48,723 nucleotides of DNA from a virus (IMGVR_UViG_3300028809_000020:1-48723), one strand, 5' to 3'. Positions 32,424 through 41,661 are shown, counted from the stretch's first letter. Notes: a model not told the origin generated them from the sequence alone. Numbers and translations: made by a program.

Positions 32424-32615
32424 TTACGCGCCCAGTGCCTTGAAAGCCCAGGCCAAGCTGTTCTTCTCCTGCGAGACACCGTCAACGATGATCTGGTGTC
32501 GCTTCACGCCCGCCAGGATCAGCTCCAGCACCAGGGCGGCTGCCTCAGCCTCGCTCCGGCACTGCTCCTGGTGGCCGCGCTTGCCGATCACCGGGATTGT
32601 CCACGTGACCTTCAT
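32424..32615 (-). CDS. Hypothetical protein
   Basis: SD GAAGGAG before MKVTWTIP. Confidence 0.6.
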   Translation of the reverse strand: MKVTWTIPVIGKRGHQEQCRSEAEAAALVLELILAGVKRHQIIVDGVSQEKNSLAWAFKALGA

Positions 32616-32625
32616 GTTCTCTCCT

Positions 32626-32742
32626 TCACTCGCCGCAGGTGGGGCTGGCGCACCACGTGGTGTTCGTGGCCGCGTCGTACCGGATCTCTTCAACGTCCAC
32701 GATCTCGCCGCAGGTCTCGCAGCGCTCCAGGAAGTCATTCAT
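32626..32742 (-). CDS. 38-aa zinc-finger-like microprotein
   Basis: MNDFLERCETCGEIVDVEEIRYDAATNTTWCASPTCGE; SD GAAGGAG; first gene after a promoter. Confidence 0.6.
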   Translation of the reverse strand: MNDFLERCETCGEIVDVEEIRYDAATNTTWCASPTCGE

Positions 32743-32769
32743 GTCCAACTCCTTCATCTTCGCCCTCAC

Positions 32770-32813
32770 TTGCTGACAGGAACTACTTTACCCTAATTCC
32801 TGTCAGCCGTCAA
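32770..32813 (-). promoter_or_regulatory. Sigma70-type promoter with 11-bp inverted repeat around the -10
   Basis: TTGACG-N17-TAAAGT; GCTGACAGGAA (32772-32782) and TTCCTGTCAGC (32797-32807). Confidence 0.7.
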
Positions 32814-32820
32814 CACCCTC

Positions 32821-34353
32821 TCACCAGCCACTATTGCCCTGCGGACCGAAGACCAGGTCCCCCGGAGAGTAACCGGTGAACAGGCTGGGCGCGGTGGCCG
32901 CAGCGGACGCGTGATCCAGGTCGGCAGCCCAGCTCGCGGGCACGTAGCAGAGCAGCGCGGACTCCGCGATGTCCGGGGACGCCTTCAGCCGCTCGATGAT
33001 CTTCTCCTTGGGCTCAATCTTGACCTTGCCCTTCGCGTCCACAATCTCGTACTTCGGCATACAGAGTTCATGGATGAGCTGGTCCTGGTCCTTCATGGGC
33101 AGCCCGGAGAAGTCCCACTTCTTCAGCCGGGACAGCTCACGGCCCAACCACCACATCTCCGCACGGCGGTTGAAGAACTGGACCTCGTAGTCCACGGTCG
33201 GACCCATGCCCACGTTGATCGGGATGATCTCCGCGTCGTGTGCGGGATGCTCCTGGAGCGGGAAGTGGATGCTGGAGCTGGAACGCAGAGCACCGTAGAT
33301 CCCCCAGCCGACACCGATCGAGTCCACCTTCGCGCAGGTGACCTTGTGCTCGCGCAGGACGTGCGCCACCTGGCCCGTGGTCAGCACCGGGTCAGGATTT
33401 ACAAAGCTATAAACCTTGACCAGCTTCTCGCCCTCACGGATGGTCACGACCGTACGGTCGTTTCCAGCGCCGACGTCCACCCCCGCCTCAACAGGCTTGC
33501 GGCCTTCCGGCATCTCCAGGAACCGGCACTGGTTGGCCCAGCCCAACGGGATGACCTGCCACGGGTCACCGATCTCCGGGAACTCCCCCAGTACCTTGGA
33601 CTGGTAGAGCGCGGACTCCTCGCCCCAGTGCTCCGCCCGGTCCTCCTGCCAGTCTCTGGCGATCAGTGACTTCTTCACCTTCGGCGGGACGTCCTCCCCG
33701 GTGAAGTTGGGCGAGTCGAACGCGGAGATGGAAATCTTGTTCCAGCGGCTGGAGGGCTTGAAGAGCTGGTAGAACTCCCCGTCCGTGGTGTCCGGGTTAC
33801 CGATCGCGAGCTGCTTGCCGTTGGCGTCGGTGACCAGCGTGGAGATCGCGTCGTACATCATCTTGTTGACGCCGCAGCCCTCGTCGATCACGGCCAGCAT
33901 GTACTCGGCGTGCAGACCGCTCATGCCGTGCTGGTTGTGGTCGCTGGGCTTGCGTCCGAACGCCACGAGCTGGTTGCCGATCTTCCACTCGGTCTGGTTG
34001 CACTGCCCCGGCAGTCCGGCCAGAGCGTGGATGGCCCCGATCTCTCGCCAGAGAATAGACCTGACCTGCGCGAAGGTGGGTGCGGTGGTCACCACGAACG
34101 CGGTTCCAGGGTCATGGGTGTCCAGCCACCAGCACACGGTGAGCGCGGCCGTGAAACTCTTCCCCACCTGGTGGCAGGACTTCACGATCGTGTACTTGTT
34201 GTCCCGGACGCTCTCCAGGATCTCGCGCTGCTTGCTCCAGACCTCCACACCCGCGCGCTCACGTGCCCAGCGGATGGGGTCACGCTGGTAGACGCGCGCC
34301 TTCGGCATCGTCAGCTCTTGGAAGAGCAGAGCCTTGCTGGTGGAGGGGATCAT
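32821..34353 (-). CDS. terL: Terminase large subunit
   Basis: WSKQ Q-motif, HQVGKS Walker A, VIDEG Walker B, IGNP, GVDVG nuclease motif, SPDIAES. Confidence 0.92.
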   Translation of the reverse strand: MIPSTSKALLFQELTMPKARVYQRDPIRWARERAGVEVWSKQREILESVRDNKYTIVKSCHQVGKSFTAALTVCWWLDTHDPGTAFVVTTAPTFAQVRSILWREIGAIHALAGLPGQCNQTEWKIGNQLVAFGRKPSDHNQHGMSGLHAEYMLAVIDEGCGVNKMMYDAISTLVTDANGKQLAIGNPDTTDGEFYQLFKPSSRWNKISISAFDSPNFTGEDVPPKVKKSLIARDWQEDRAEHWGEESALYQSKVLGEFPEIGDPWQVIPLGWANQCRFLEMPEGRKPVEAGVDVGAGNDRTVVTIREGEKLVKVYSFVNPDPVLTTGQVAHVLREHKVTCAKVDSIGVGWGIYGALRSSSSIHFPLQEHPAHDAEIIPINVGMGPTVDYEVQFFNRRAEMWWLGRELSRLKKWDFSGLPMKDQDQLIHELCMPKYEIVDAKGKVKIEPKEKIIERLKASPDIAESALLCYVPASWAADLDHASAAATAPSLFTGYSPGDLVFGPQGNSGW

Positions 34354-34360
34354 GCATAAA

Positions 34361-34400
34361 GCATAGAGCCCGCCAGCGGTGGGTGCTGGCGGGCTCTGCG
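34361..34400 (-). terminator. Hairpin/terminator after thyX
   Basis: AGAGCCCGCCAGC...GCTGGCGGGCTCT. Confidence 0.6.
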
Positions 34401-34421
34401 TCACGCTGTTTGGGGACGGCG

Positions 34422-35174
34422 TTACACGGGATCGTAATCGCCGAAATAGACGACGTCAACTCCGGAGGGCAGCGTGCGTAGGTGCATGTCCTGGAAGGCG
34501 TTGGGGAACCCCTGCTTGAGGGTCCAGGCCATCTGTACGGCCAGCTCCCGGATCTCCGCATCCGCGTGCTCGGTCGCACGCTGGGCGATGAAGTTGCGCC
34601 ACGCCTGGAGGTTCGCGGTCACCACGATCCGAGTCTCGGCGCAGTTGGGCAGGAACGCACGCGCGGCCTCGCGTGCCTGCTTACGGGTTTTACCCTCCGC
34701 CAGCAGCTCTTCCACGGCTTCCCCGTAGGCGTCCAGAGCCTCGCCCCACTCATGCCAGAGACGTGCCTCCAGTTTGTGATTTCCCCGGAACGCGGGCGGG
34801 ATGACGTAGTCCATCTCCGCCGAGTCCACGTAGCGCTGGGAGAGCTGGGAGAAGTCGATGCCGATGTGATGGCGGATCAGCTCATTCGCACACGACCTGG
34901 AGATACCCTGTACATATACGGTCACAGTGGCATGTCTGAGGATGCTCAGGTGTTCCACATCCAGGATGTGCGCCAGGTACGCCTTATTGGTTCGGCGCTC
35001 AGGATTTGGGCGATTCCAGCTCTGGTAGCACGCACGACCTGCCGCCTCTACCAGGGCTTCTCCAGAAGAATGCTTATCTTCTGCTCGTGTCCATGCCCCG
35101 TCTGTGGCATGTTCCACGGCGGCATAGTTCATCTCAGTCTGTGCGACTACGTCAATCCGTAGTTCGGCTGGCAC
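34422..35174 (-). CDS. thyX: FAD-dependent thymidylate synthase
   Basis: AGRACYQSW, HLSILRH, ISRSCANELIRH...FSQLSQRYVD, REAARAFLPN, HADAEIRELA. Confidence 0.93.
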   Translation of the reverse strand: MPAELRIDVVAQTEMNYAAVEHATDGAWTRAEDKHSSGEALVEAAGRACYQSWNRPNPERRTNKAYLAHILDVEHLSILRHATVTVYVQGISRSCANELIRHHIGIDFSQLSQRYVDSAEMDYVIPPAFRGNHKLEARLWHEWGEALDAYGEAVEELLAEGKTRKQAREAARAFLPNCAETRIVVTANLQAWRNFIAQRATEHADAEIRELAVQMAWTLKQGFPNAFQDMHLRTLPSGVDVVYFGDYDPV

Positions 35175-35260
35175 TACGCTTCCTTTCTTCGCTGTTCGCA
35201 CGACGTTCCACGCGCTGCCTGTCGTCCAGCTCCCGCGCGAGCGGGAGGTCCGCGCCCTCG

Positions 35261-35623
35261 TTATCGGCCACTGGGAGCCTTCCCGTCGTCGATCGCGTCG
35301 TACTCCGCACCGGTCACCGTGCGCCACGGCTCACGGACGATCTTCTGGACACGCAGGATGACCGGTCCGGCCGTGGGGAGCTGGCCGAAGTCCCGCCGCT
35401 GGTCGTTGAAGTACTGCTGGTACCGCTTCGCCGGTCCGGGGATCGGGGAGGTCCACAGGGGACGGTCCAGGATCAGCTCCCGCAGGTTCTCGTCAACCTC
35501 GCCCTTGGCGAACTTCGGCTCGAAGAAGTCCGGGTCGTTGAAGACACCCCACTCCTCTTCGACGACCGGCACGCCTTCGGCGGGCCGGTTGTTCGCGCTC
35601 AGCAACTGCTGGAGATCGTCCAC
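35261..35623 (-). CDS. Hypothetical protein
   Basis: ORF track; operon context. Confidence 0.6.
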   Translation of the reverse strand: MDDLQQLLSANNRPAEGVPVVEEEWGVFNDPDFFEPKFAKGEVDENLRELILDRPLWTSPIPGPAKRYQQYFNDQRRDFGQLPTAGPVILRVQKIVREPWRTVTGAEYDAIDDGKAPSGR

Positions 35624-36042
35624 TTCTCACTCTCTTCCTTGAGTCCCATGAGGTGGAGGCGCTCCGCCTCCGCCTTCCTACGTACTTCATCGCACATATT
35701 ACACGGTCTGCTGTAGGTGCGTAGGTGCTGGTCCAGTCCCCGTTTCGACCCTGCGTAGACGCCACACACGTCGTAACCGGTCTGCTGGACAGGTGCTCGG
35801 CTGAACAGTCCCAGCGTCTGGAGTACCTCCCGGAGCCACACCTCCGGTTCGTCCATCTCCAGGGCCATCTCCGCCAGCACCACCTGCGCGTTGCGGACCT
35901 CGTCCTCGGTCCAGTCCCTGCGGGTGTGCTCAATTCCGCGTTTGTCCGCGTAGTACTCCTTCGCGCTGGACGTCCCAGGGATGATCCCCCGCTTGTCCTG
36001 CTTGGTGAGCTTGTTCCGGGACCACTCTTCGAGCAACTTCAT
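35599..36042 (-). CDS. Hypothetical protein with C-terminal C/H/CxxC motif
   Basis: SD AGGAGG; CG...QH...PCNMC. Confidence 0.65.
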   Translation of the reverse strand: MKLLEEWSRNKLTKQDKRGIIPGTSSAKEYYADKRGIEHTRRDWTEDEVRNAQVVLAEMALEMDEPEVWLREVLQTLGLFSRAPVQQTGYDVCGVYAGSKRGLDQHLRTYSRPCNMCDEVRRKAEAERLHLMGLKEESEKWTISSSC

Positions 36043-36080
36043 ACCTCCTATAAACGGAGAGCCCCCGCGAGGGGGCTCTC

Positions 36081-36362
36081 TTACTCGTCAGACGGCTGGT
36101 GCAGGCAGAAGGGGAAACGTCTGGTGACGAGATCACAGCCGATGACCTCACCGTCCGGCATCGTGACGACGTCCATGTAATCCGCCTCGCACACCCACCA
36201 CGACCCCTTCCCGCCGCTCTTCTGGCGGGCGATGTCACACATGACCTCTTCGTCCCCAGCCGCAGGCGGCCGGAACTCGATGCGGTGGAAATCCCCTGTC
36301 CCCAGCAGCTCCAGAATCCTGTGCCAGGTTCCGGCGCTCAGCGCCCGTAGTTGTCGGGTCAC
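36081..36362 (-). CDS. Hypothetical protein
   Basis: GTGA overlap; followed by a hairpin at 36057-36082. Confidence 0.5.
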   Translation of the reverse strand: MTRQLRALSAGTWHRILELLGTGDFHRIEFRPPAAGDEEVMCDIARQKSGGKGSWWVCEADYMDVVTMPDGEVIGCDLVTRRFPFCLHQPSDE

Positions 36363-36595
36363 AGCCACTGATCCTCTTCTGCGCGGAACACCCAGACCTT
36401 GCCGCTGGGATGGGTGGTCTTCACCGTCACCGGGTGCATATCGGACTCCGATATCTGCTGGCAGAAGGACTCCCAGCCGCCGTACCTTCCCACGACCCAC
36501 CACGGCAGGATTACTTCCAGGCAAGTGCCGGGGGAGGCGTTTCGGTCTCTGTAGTCCCGTGCAGCCGCTTCCAGGGCGGTTGTCACCTCATTCAC
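36359..36595 (-). CDS. Hypothetical protein
   Basis: SD AAGGAG before GTG. Confidence 0.55.
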   Translation of the reverse strand: MNEVTTALEAAARDYRDRNASPGTCLEVILPWWVVGRYGGWESFCQQISESDMHPVTVKTTHPSGKVWVFRAEEDQWL

Positions 36596-36609
36596 AGCTT
36601 CTCCTTGAA

Positions 36610-37614
36610 TCAGAGCCATTCAGGATGCGCCAACGTCCACTCCACGGTGCGGCGGAGGCTGTCCTCCAGGGAGAACGGGTGCTTCCATCCCGCCTGGGCG
36701 AGCTTGGCTCCGTCCAGCGCGTAACGCAGGTCGTGGCCGGGACGCGACTCGTGGAAGTTGACGCCCTTCCACTTCAGCTCCTTGCCCATGAACCCGGCGA
36801 TCATCTGTGCCAGCTCCAGGTTGGTGACCTCGCGCTCGCCGACGATGTTCCATTTGTCCGGCCGGTCCACGTCGCCGTACAGGGGGACGCCCGTCTTCGC
36901 ATACCGCTTCGTCAGCCACAGCCAGGCGTCCGCGAGGTTGCGCGCGTGCAGGTAGAAGCGGCTGCCGGACACACCCTCGGGGGAGACGTGGATCGGCATC
37001 TCCTCGCCACGGGCCACGTGCTTCATGATCTTCGGGACGAACTTCTCCGGATCCTGCATCTCCCCCACGATGTTCATCGTGTTGGTGATGACCACCGGCA
37101 CCTTATACGTGCGCCAGTAGGCCACCCCGTAGGCCTCCTGAGCGGCCTTGGAGGCGCTGTAGGGGTTGGAGGGCAGGGCGGGCTCCCACTCCTTGTGGAG
37201 ATAGCCTGAGGGGGCGGGACCGTACACCTCGTCGGTGGACATCTGGAGGAACAGCTTCGGCTTGACGTACCGCGCGTACTCCAACATGTTCAGCATGAGC
37301 GCGTGGTTGTTGGTGATGAACTCGACGGGGACGTCCATCGAGCGGTCCACGTGGCTCTCAGACGCCACGTTCATGATCACGTCGATGGGGCCCAGCCGGT
37401 CCGCCGTGTGCCGGTTGATCGGCGCGGACAGGTCCATGCGCTCGATCTGCACTCGGGAGACGTCCTCCCACGCCATCGCGGACTTGATCCGCTCCGGAAG
37501 GCCACGGTGCTTGAAGCTCACCGGGCAGATGATCTCGTAATCGGTGTTCTGGAGCAGGTGGCGCAGGACGTGGCTACCCACGAACCCGGCCGCGCCCGAA
37601 AGGAAGATCCGCAT
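36610..37614 (-). CDS. NDP-sugar 4,6-dehydratase (dTDP-glucose 4,6-dehydratase/RmlB-like)
   Basis: GAAGFVG, ASESHVDRS, STDEVYG, PYSASK, RPGHDLRYALD. Confidence 0.9.
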   Translation of the reverse strand: MRIFLSGAAGFVGSHVLRHLLQNTDYEIICPVSFKHRGLPERIKSAMAWEDVSRVQIERMDLSAPINRHTADRLGPIDVIMNVASESHVDRSMDVPVEFITNNHALMLNMLEYARYVKPKLFLQMSTDEVYGPAPSGYLHKEWEPALPSNPYSASKAAQEAYGVAYWRTYKVPVVITNTMNIVGEMQDPEKFVPKIMKHVARGEEMPIHVSPEGVSGSRFYLHARNLADAWLWLTKRYAKTGVPLYGDVDRPDKWNIVGEREVTNLELAQMIAGFMGKELKWKGVNFHESRPGHDLRYALDGAKLAQAGWKHPFSLEDSLRRTVEWTLAHPEWL

Positions 37615-37672
37615 CACGCCACTCTACAGGAAATATAAAAAGGGCGGCTCCCGCAGGGGAACCGCCCTCTTC

Positions 37673-37876
37673 TCACTGCTGGATGGTGCGTACGTCCACG
37701 ACGTAGAACCGGTTGCCCTGGAGCGAACTCGCCAGGAGCTGGAACAGCCCCAGCCCGTCCGCCGTCAGGTTCAGCCCGTCCGCCCATCGCTGGGCGCTGG
37801 AGCGGAACCAGAACTTCCGGGGATCCACGTGCAGGTCACCGCTGCCCAGCCGCCGTACCACTCGCCACTTCCTCAT
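37673..37876 (-). CDS. Hypothetical protein
   Basis: SD GGAGG; followed by a hairpin at 37640-37671. Confidence 0.5.
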   Translation of the reverse strand: MRKWRVVRRLGSGDLHVDPRKFWFRSSAQRWADGLNLTADGLGLFQLLASSLQGNRFYVVDVRTIQQ

Positions 37877-37987
37877 ACTTCCTCCATGCCTGGTTCTCGC
37901 GCTTGCGCATGATCTGGCGGGACCGGCGCGCATCCTCCCCGCAACACCAGGTGGGCCAGTGCTCCTTCGCCGTGAGCCGGTTCGCCA

Positions 37988-38296
37988 TTACAACATCTCC
38001 GGGTAGGTGATCGAGAGGACAGCGTCGCAGACCTGGCATGGCGCGTAGCCGTCCCACTTCATGGTGCTGACGCCGTCTCCGTAGGTCATCTCGGCGACCC
38101 CGGCTCCCTTGACCTCCAGGTGATGCCCTCCGCTGGTGGCGCACATCTCTCGCCTGCGCATGATGTTCTCCTTGCGTTCCACCTCAGCCAGCACGGACAT
38201 CGTGAAGTCCACAACGTCCGTCACAGCCAGGTCTCCCGTGAAGTTGTTCACGGCCAGCTTCATGACCGTGTCCCTGCTGGGATGCATGATGCTCAT
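37988..38296 (-). CDS. Hypothetical protein (C-H...CxxC)
   Basis: ATGA overlap; SD GGAGGAGG. Confidence 0.6.
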   Translation of the reverse strand: MSIMHPSRDTVMKLAVNNFTGDLAVTDVVDFTMSVLAEVERKENIMRRREMCATSGGHHLEVKGAGVAEMTYGDGVSTMKWDGYAPCQVCDAVLSITYPEML

Positions 38297-38541
38297 CCGG
38301 CCTCCTCCCACGGTACGCAGGTCCAGTTCTCGTCGATCTGGACGTACTGCGCGCACTTGTCCTTGTCCAGGCCGGGGTGATGGAACGTGGCGTCCATGCC
38401 CCAGCCGTACCAGCTCAGCACGGCCGCAATAGCTGCGATGACATGCCCCAGACCGGAGACGAAGGGATTGTCCCCGTCCTTGACCATGGCGAACCCCATG
38501 ATGCCCAGCAGGAACCCTCCAATGATCATCGCCCAGTTCAT
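38293..38541 (-). CDS. Membrane protein (2 TM)
   Basis: Two hydrophobic helices; TGATG overlap. Confidence 0.6.
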   Translation of the reverse strand: MNWAMIIGGFLLGIMGFAMVKDGDNPFVSGLGHVIAAIAAVLSWYGWGMDATFHHPGLDKDKCAQYVQIDENWTCVPWEEAG

Positions 38542-38633
38542 CAGCGCCCGCTCTTGTGCATCGACCACATTGCCATGATCAGCAGCACGGCCAGAATCAC
38601 GCCCGCACAGGCGTAGACCTTCGCTTCACTCAC
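38541..38633 (-). CDS. 30-aa single-TM microprotein
   Basis: MSEAKVYACAGVILAVLLIMAMWSMHKSGR; overlaps both neighbours. Confidence 0.5.
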   Translation of the reverse strand: MSEAKVYACAGVILAVLLIMAMWSMHKSGR

Positions 38634-38920
38634 TTCACTGCCTCCACTTCACATCCCTCTTCCGGACACTTCCAGACTTGCAGCAGCATCCCCTGGTACT
38701 CGACAGGGATGCGCCACCTCTTGCCCTCCCCGGTGTGCTTGCTGACGGTCACCGGGTAGTCCTTGCTGATCTTCATCGCCCAGCGCATGATCTTCCCGTG
38801 CTCGCGACACTTGGCGCGCGGCTCCTTGACTCCGGGGACCATCACCCACTGGTACGGCTTCTCGACAGGAGCCCGCATCTCCGCCACGGTCTTCTCAATC
38901 GCCTTCAGCAGTTCGCTCAT
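38630..38920 (-). CDS. Hypothetical zinc-ribbon-like protein
   Basis: CREH...WKCPEEGC. Confidence 0.6.
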   Translation of the reverse strand: MSELLKAIEKTVAEMRAPVEKPYQWVMVPGVKEPRAKCREHGKIMRWAMKISKDYPVTVSKHTGEGKRWRIPVEYQGMLLQVWKCPEEGCEVEAVK

Positions 38921-39138
38921 CAGCGAAGCTTACAGTATTTATAGCAACAGAACACCAGCCAGATCCCCTGCGCCACTGCCGCGATGAGGAACGACCACGA
39001 GATCACATCCCAGATTCCCTGCGGAAGCAGGTGATCGGGGATCGCGAACAGCAGCGCCCCCAGCAGCAGGATCATGAGGCCGAGCACTGCTTCCTCACAC
39101 TTGAGGAACCAGTGCTCGCGCCGGTCACGCTTCTTCAT
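38920..39138 (-). CDS. Membrane protein (2 TM)
   Basis: Two hydrophobic segments. Confidence 0.6.
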   Translation of the reverse strand: MKKRDRREHWFLKCEEAVLGLMILLLGALLFAIPDHLLPQGIWDVISWSFLIAAVAQGIWLVFCCYKYCKLR

Positions 39139-39622
39139 TGCAGACCATCCAGATGAGCTGGCCCAGCGTCTTCTTCCGCAACGCCCAGTCCTGGTCCTCG
39201 ACCTCCCCGCACTTGCAGTACAGGTAGCCGGTGACCGCGTACTCCTCGCCGTTCTCCGTGAAGGTGCCGTTGAAGGCGCCTACGGTTCCGTCCTCCGGGT
39301 CGCTGGTCCGCTTGAAGTCGATGGCGCAGGGCTTGTCCGGGATCGGGAACTTCCGGCCGCTGTTCTTGTCCCACTCGTGGATCTCCCGGAGATTCTCATC
39401 GCTGAGCATTCCCAGGTGGGCACGGACCTCCATCGTGGAGCGCCAGCTATAGCCGCTGTAGATGCTGGGATCCCCGCCGTGGCGGATCATCGCCCGCCAC
39501 ATGGGTTCGATGTGTCCCACGTAGGGGGAAGCCTGCTCCACGTGGTCATCGCGAAGTTCGCCGCAGGTGTTGCAGACCTTCGTGTCGAACAGGAACGCGA
39601 TGAACTTGTGTTCCCCGTTCAT
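39125..39622 (-). CDS. Hypothetical protein
   Basis: ATGA overlap; SD GGAGG. Confidence 0.6.
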   Translation of the reverse strand: MNGEHKFIAFLFDTKVCNTCGELRDDHVEQASPYVGHIEPMWRAMIRHGGDPSIYSGYSWRSTMEVRAHLGMLSDENLREIHEWDKNSGRKFPIPDKPCAIDFKRTSDPEDGTVGAFNGTFTENGEEYAVTGYLYCKCGEVEDQDWALRKKTLGQLIWMVCNEEA

Positions 39623-39879
39623 GCCTCCATCTCCTTCTCCAGCCGGGCGACCTCCAGGCGGTTCATCGCCACGTGCAGCAGCATCGCCGCCGTGACGGCG
39701 TCCACGGTGTTGAAGAACTGCGCCAGCCACGTGCCGGTGCAGGCCGGGTGCGCGCAGTTGTCCAGCTCCCGGTGTGCCGCGTACTGCTCCATGATGTTGT
39801 CCAGAGCCTCCCCCGCCGCATCCCAGACTTCGATGACGTTAGCCCACTCTTCGCCGGTCAGGTCTTGTACGTCCTTCAT
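39619..39879 (-). CDS. Hypothetical protein
   Basis: ATGA overlap; SD GAGAGGG. Confidence 0.6.
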   Translation of the reverse strand: MKDVQDLTGEEWANVIEVWDAAGEALDNIMEQYAAHRELDNCAHPACTGTWLAQFFNTVDAVTAAMLLHVAMNRLEVARLEKEMEA

Positions 39880-40088
39880 ATCCCTCTCCCTCCGCAGGCC
39901 GGACACAGATCGAAGTGCCGGATGTTGCTGTACTCGTTCGTATGGCGGGTGTAATCCCAGCCGCAGTCGCGCAGAACCCTGCGGGCGTAGGTGGGGTTGT
40001 CCGCCGCCACCCGTGAGGATGCGTTCTCCGGACAACCCGAACCGCCGCGCCCGTTGCAGGTTATGACGATGATGTGAACCGCTGTCAT
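39876..40088 (-). CDS. Small zinc-finger protein
   Basis: ITCNG...C...GW...DLCPAC. Confidence 0.6.
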   Translation of the reverse strand: MTAVHIIVITCNGRGGSGCPENASSRVAADNPTYARRVLRDCGWDYTRHTNEYSNIRHFDLCPACGGRGI

Positions 40089-40507
40089 GCCAGGATCTGC
40101 TGCAACGCGGCGTCGATCTGGCCGCTGTAGTCCTCGTCGCCCAGCGGAACCAGGTCGAACGTGTCGTACAGGAAGAGCTGGAGATCCCGGTTCACGAACA
40201 GGATGTGCTGGTGTCCCTGCGGGTCGGGGACGTCCAGCGCCCTCATGCAGGCAAGCGCCATGGGCATCCCCTGGAAGGTCTCCGGGCGCAGGATGAAGTT
40301 CTGCTCACCTGCGGGCTTGCGGCTGAACGCCACGGTCGCCAGGACGTCCCTGGAGACGTGCCACTCGCTCACGGTTCCGTTGTAGCTGTGAAACTCCAGA
40401 GCCACCACGCACGGGTCCTGGTCGTCGTACCACAGGACGGTGGGGATGGCCTCCAGCGCTCCTGTGGAGACGAGCTTGCTGGTCACACTGCGAACTGCCT
40501 TCATCAC
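40085..40507 (-). CDS. SsgA-family sporulation/cell-division regulator (SALP)
   Basis: IPTVLWYDDQDPCVVALEF, WHVSRDVL, PAGE, FLYDTFDLVPLGDE and IDAALQQIL match the SsgA consensus. Confidence 0.85.
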   Translation of the reverse strand: MMKAVRSVTSKLVSTGALEAIPTVLWYDDQDPCVVALEFHSYNGTVSEWHVSRDVLATVAFSRKPAGEQNFILRPETFQGMPMALACMRALDVPDPQGHQHILFVNRDLQLFLYDTFDLVPLGDEDYSGQIDAALQQILA

Positions 40508-40515
40508 TCCTCCTT

Positions 40516-40528
40516 CTACATGACACTA
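40516..40528 (-). promoter_or_regulatory. 13-bp motif, copy 1 (TAGTGTCATGTAG)
   Basis: Abuts the SD of the SsgA-like gene; one of four copies. Confidence 0.6.
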
Positions 40529-41041
40529 TAAGCGGTCGCGCAAGGTGAAGTCCACCGTCAGCGCCTTACCCAGCATCTTGGCATACCGCTGGAGGCAGAT
40601 GACGTTCATATGCCAGCCGTCCTCCACGGCACGCGCGGTGATCAGCTTCGACACCTGGATCTTGTCGGGGTCCAGTCCCAGGCTCTCGCGGATCTCGATG
40701 AGCTGGTCCAGGACGTCGTTGAGCTGCTCCGGGGTACCGCTGGACATCTTGCGTCCCTGGTCCTCGGGTAGGGGAACAGGGGTCATCCCGTTCTTCCAGA
40801 CCAGCATCCCCTCCTCCCGGTAGTGCACCGTCGTGCGGTGCCAACTGGGACGCCGGTCCGTGACGTGGTGCCACTCCAGGCGGGCGCATCCGGTCTCCGG
40901 GCACGGCTTCATGATTCGCGGGATGCCGGGCGGACGTCCGGGGGAGCAGTAACCCCGCTTCAAGGGGGCGTTCGCGTAATCCTCGTAGGACTCTTCTTCC
41001 TCGCCGATCTCCGCGAGGATCTGCGCTGCGGTCTTGATCAT
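40526..41041 (-). CDS. Hypothetical protein with possible C-terminal XRE-like HTH
   Basis: LIEIRESLGL...LQRYAKMLGKALTV. Confidence 0.55.
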   Translation of the reverse strand: MIKTAAQILAEIGEEEESYEDYANAPLKRGYCSPGRPPGIPRIMKPCPETGCARLEWHHVTDRRPSWHRTTVHYREEGMLVWKNGMTPVPLPEDQGRKMSSGTPEQLNDVLDQLIEIRESLGLDPDKIQVSKLITARAVEDGWHMNVICLQRYAKMLGKALTVDFTLRDRL

Positions 41042-41093
41042 TACAACTCTCCTTCATGGGAGGAGAGGAGACCTGTGGTCTCCCCTCCTTGGC

Positions 41094-41661
41094 TCAGCGT
41101 GCTCCCACTGCCAGGTTCAGCAGGGCGATGGCGATCACCGCGACTACCGCGATGACCACGATGGTGGAACTCTTCATCGCTACCTCCCGCCGAAGATGCC
41201 GTAGCAGAAGGCACCCACGATGACGATGATGATGATCAGCGTGAGATCGGAACGGCTCATGTTCTACTTCCTCTTCGTCGGGCGGGGAGCCGGTCCCCGC
41301 GTCTTGGCGGGCTTAGGGGAGGGACCGCAGTCCTTCACGTCCCAGTTGGGGGAACGGTCGTTTGCGTCGCAGTCAGGCAGGTCATCGACCATCTGACTGT
41401 CCACGCTGGGCGTGGGGAGCGGCTGGCCGCCCTCCCTGCCCTTGTAGCCGAAGAACGCCCCGCAGATGATGATCAGGACGACCAGACACAGCCCGGCCGC
41501 CACACCCATCCCTGCCAGCTCGCCTTTCGAGTGGTCCCCGCCGTTCACAGGAACCTCCCGGCCATCATGCAGAGCGCGAACGCCGCGACCAGTGCCGCGA
41601 ACACCCACACGATCCCGTGTCCGCCGTTGTTCCCGGAGCTGTAGTGCTGCCTGCCAGTCAC
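41094..41661 (-). CDS. Operon of four small single-TM proteins (41545-41661, 41264-41548, 41180-41260, 41094-41177)
   Basis: Hand translations of 38, 94, 26 and 27 aa, each with one hydrophobic helix; tightly packed; hairpin at 41059-41090. Confidence 0.55.

Noticed and set aside
34900-35170. Lower-GC 5' part of thyX as an intron, intein or foreign insert
   Set aside because: The reading frame is continuous, of normal ThyX length and keeps the expected motifs.
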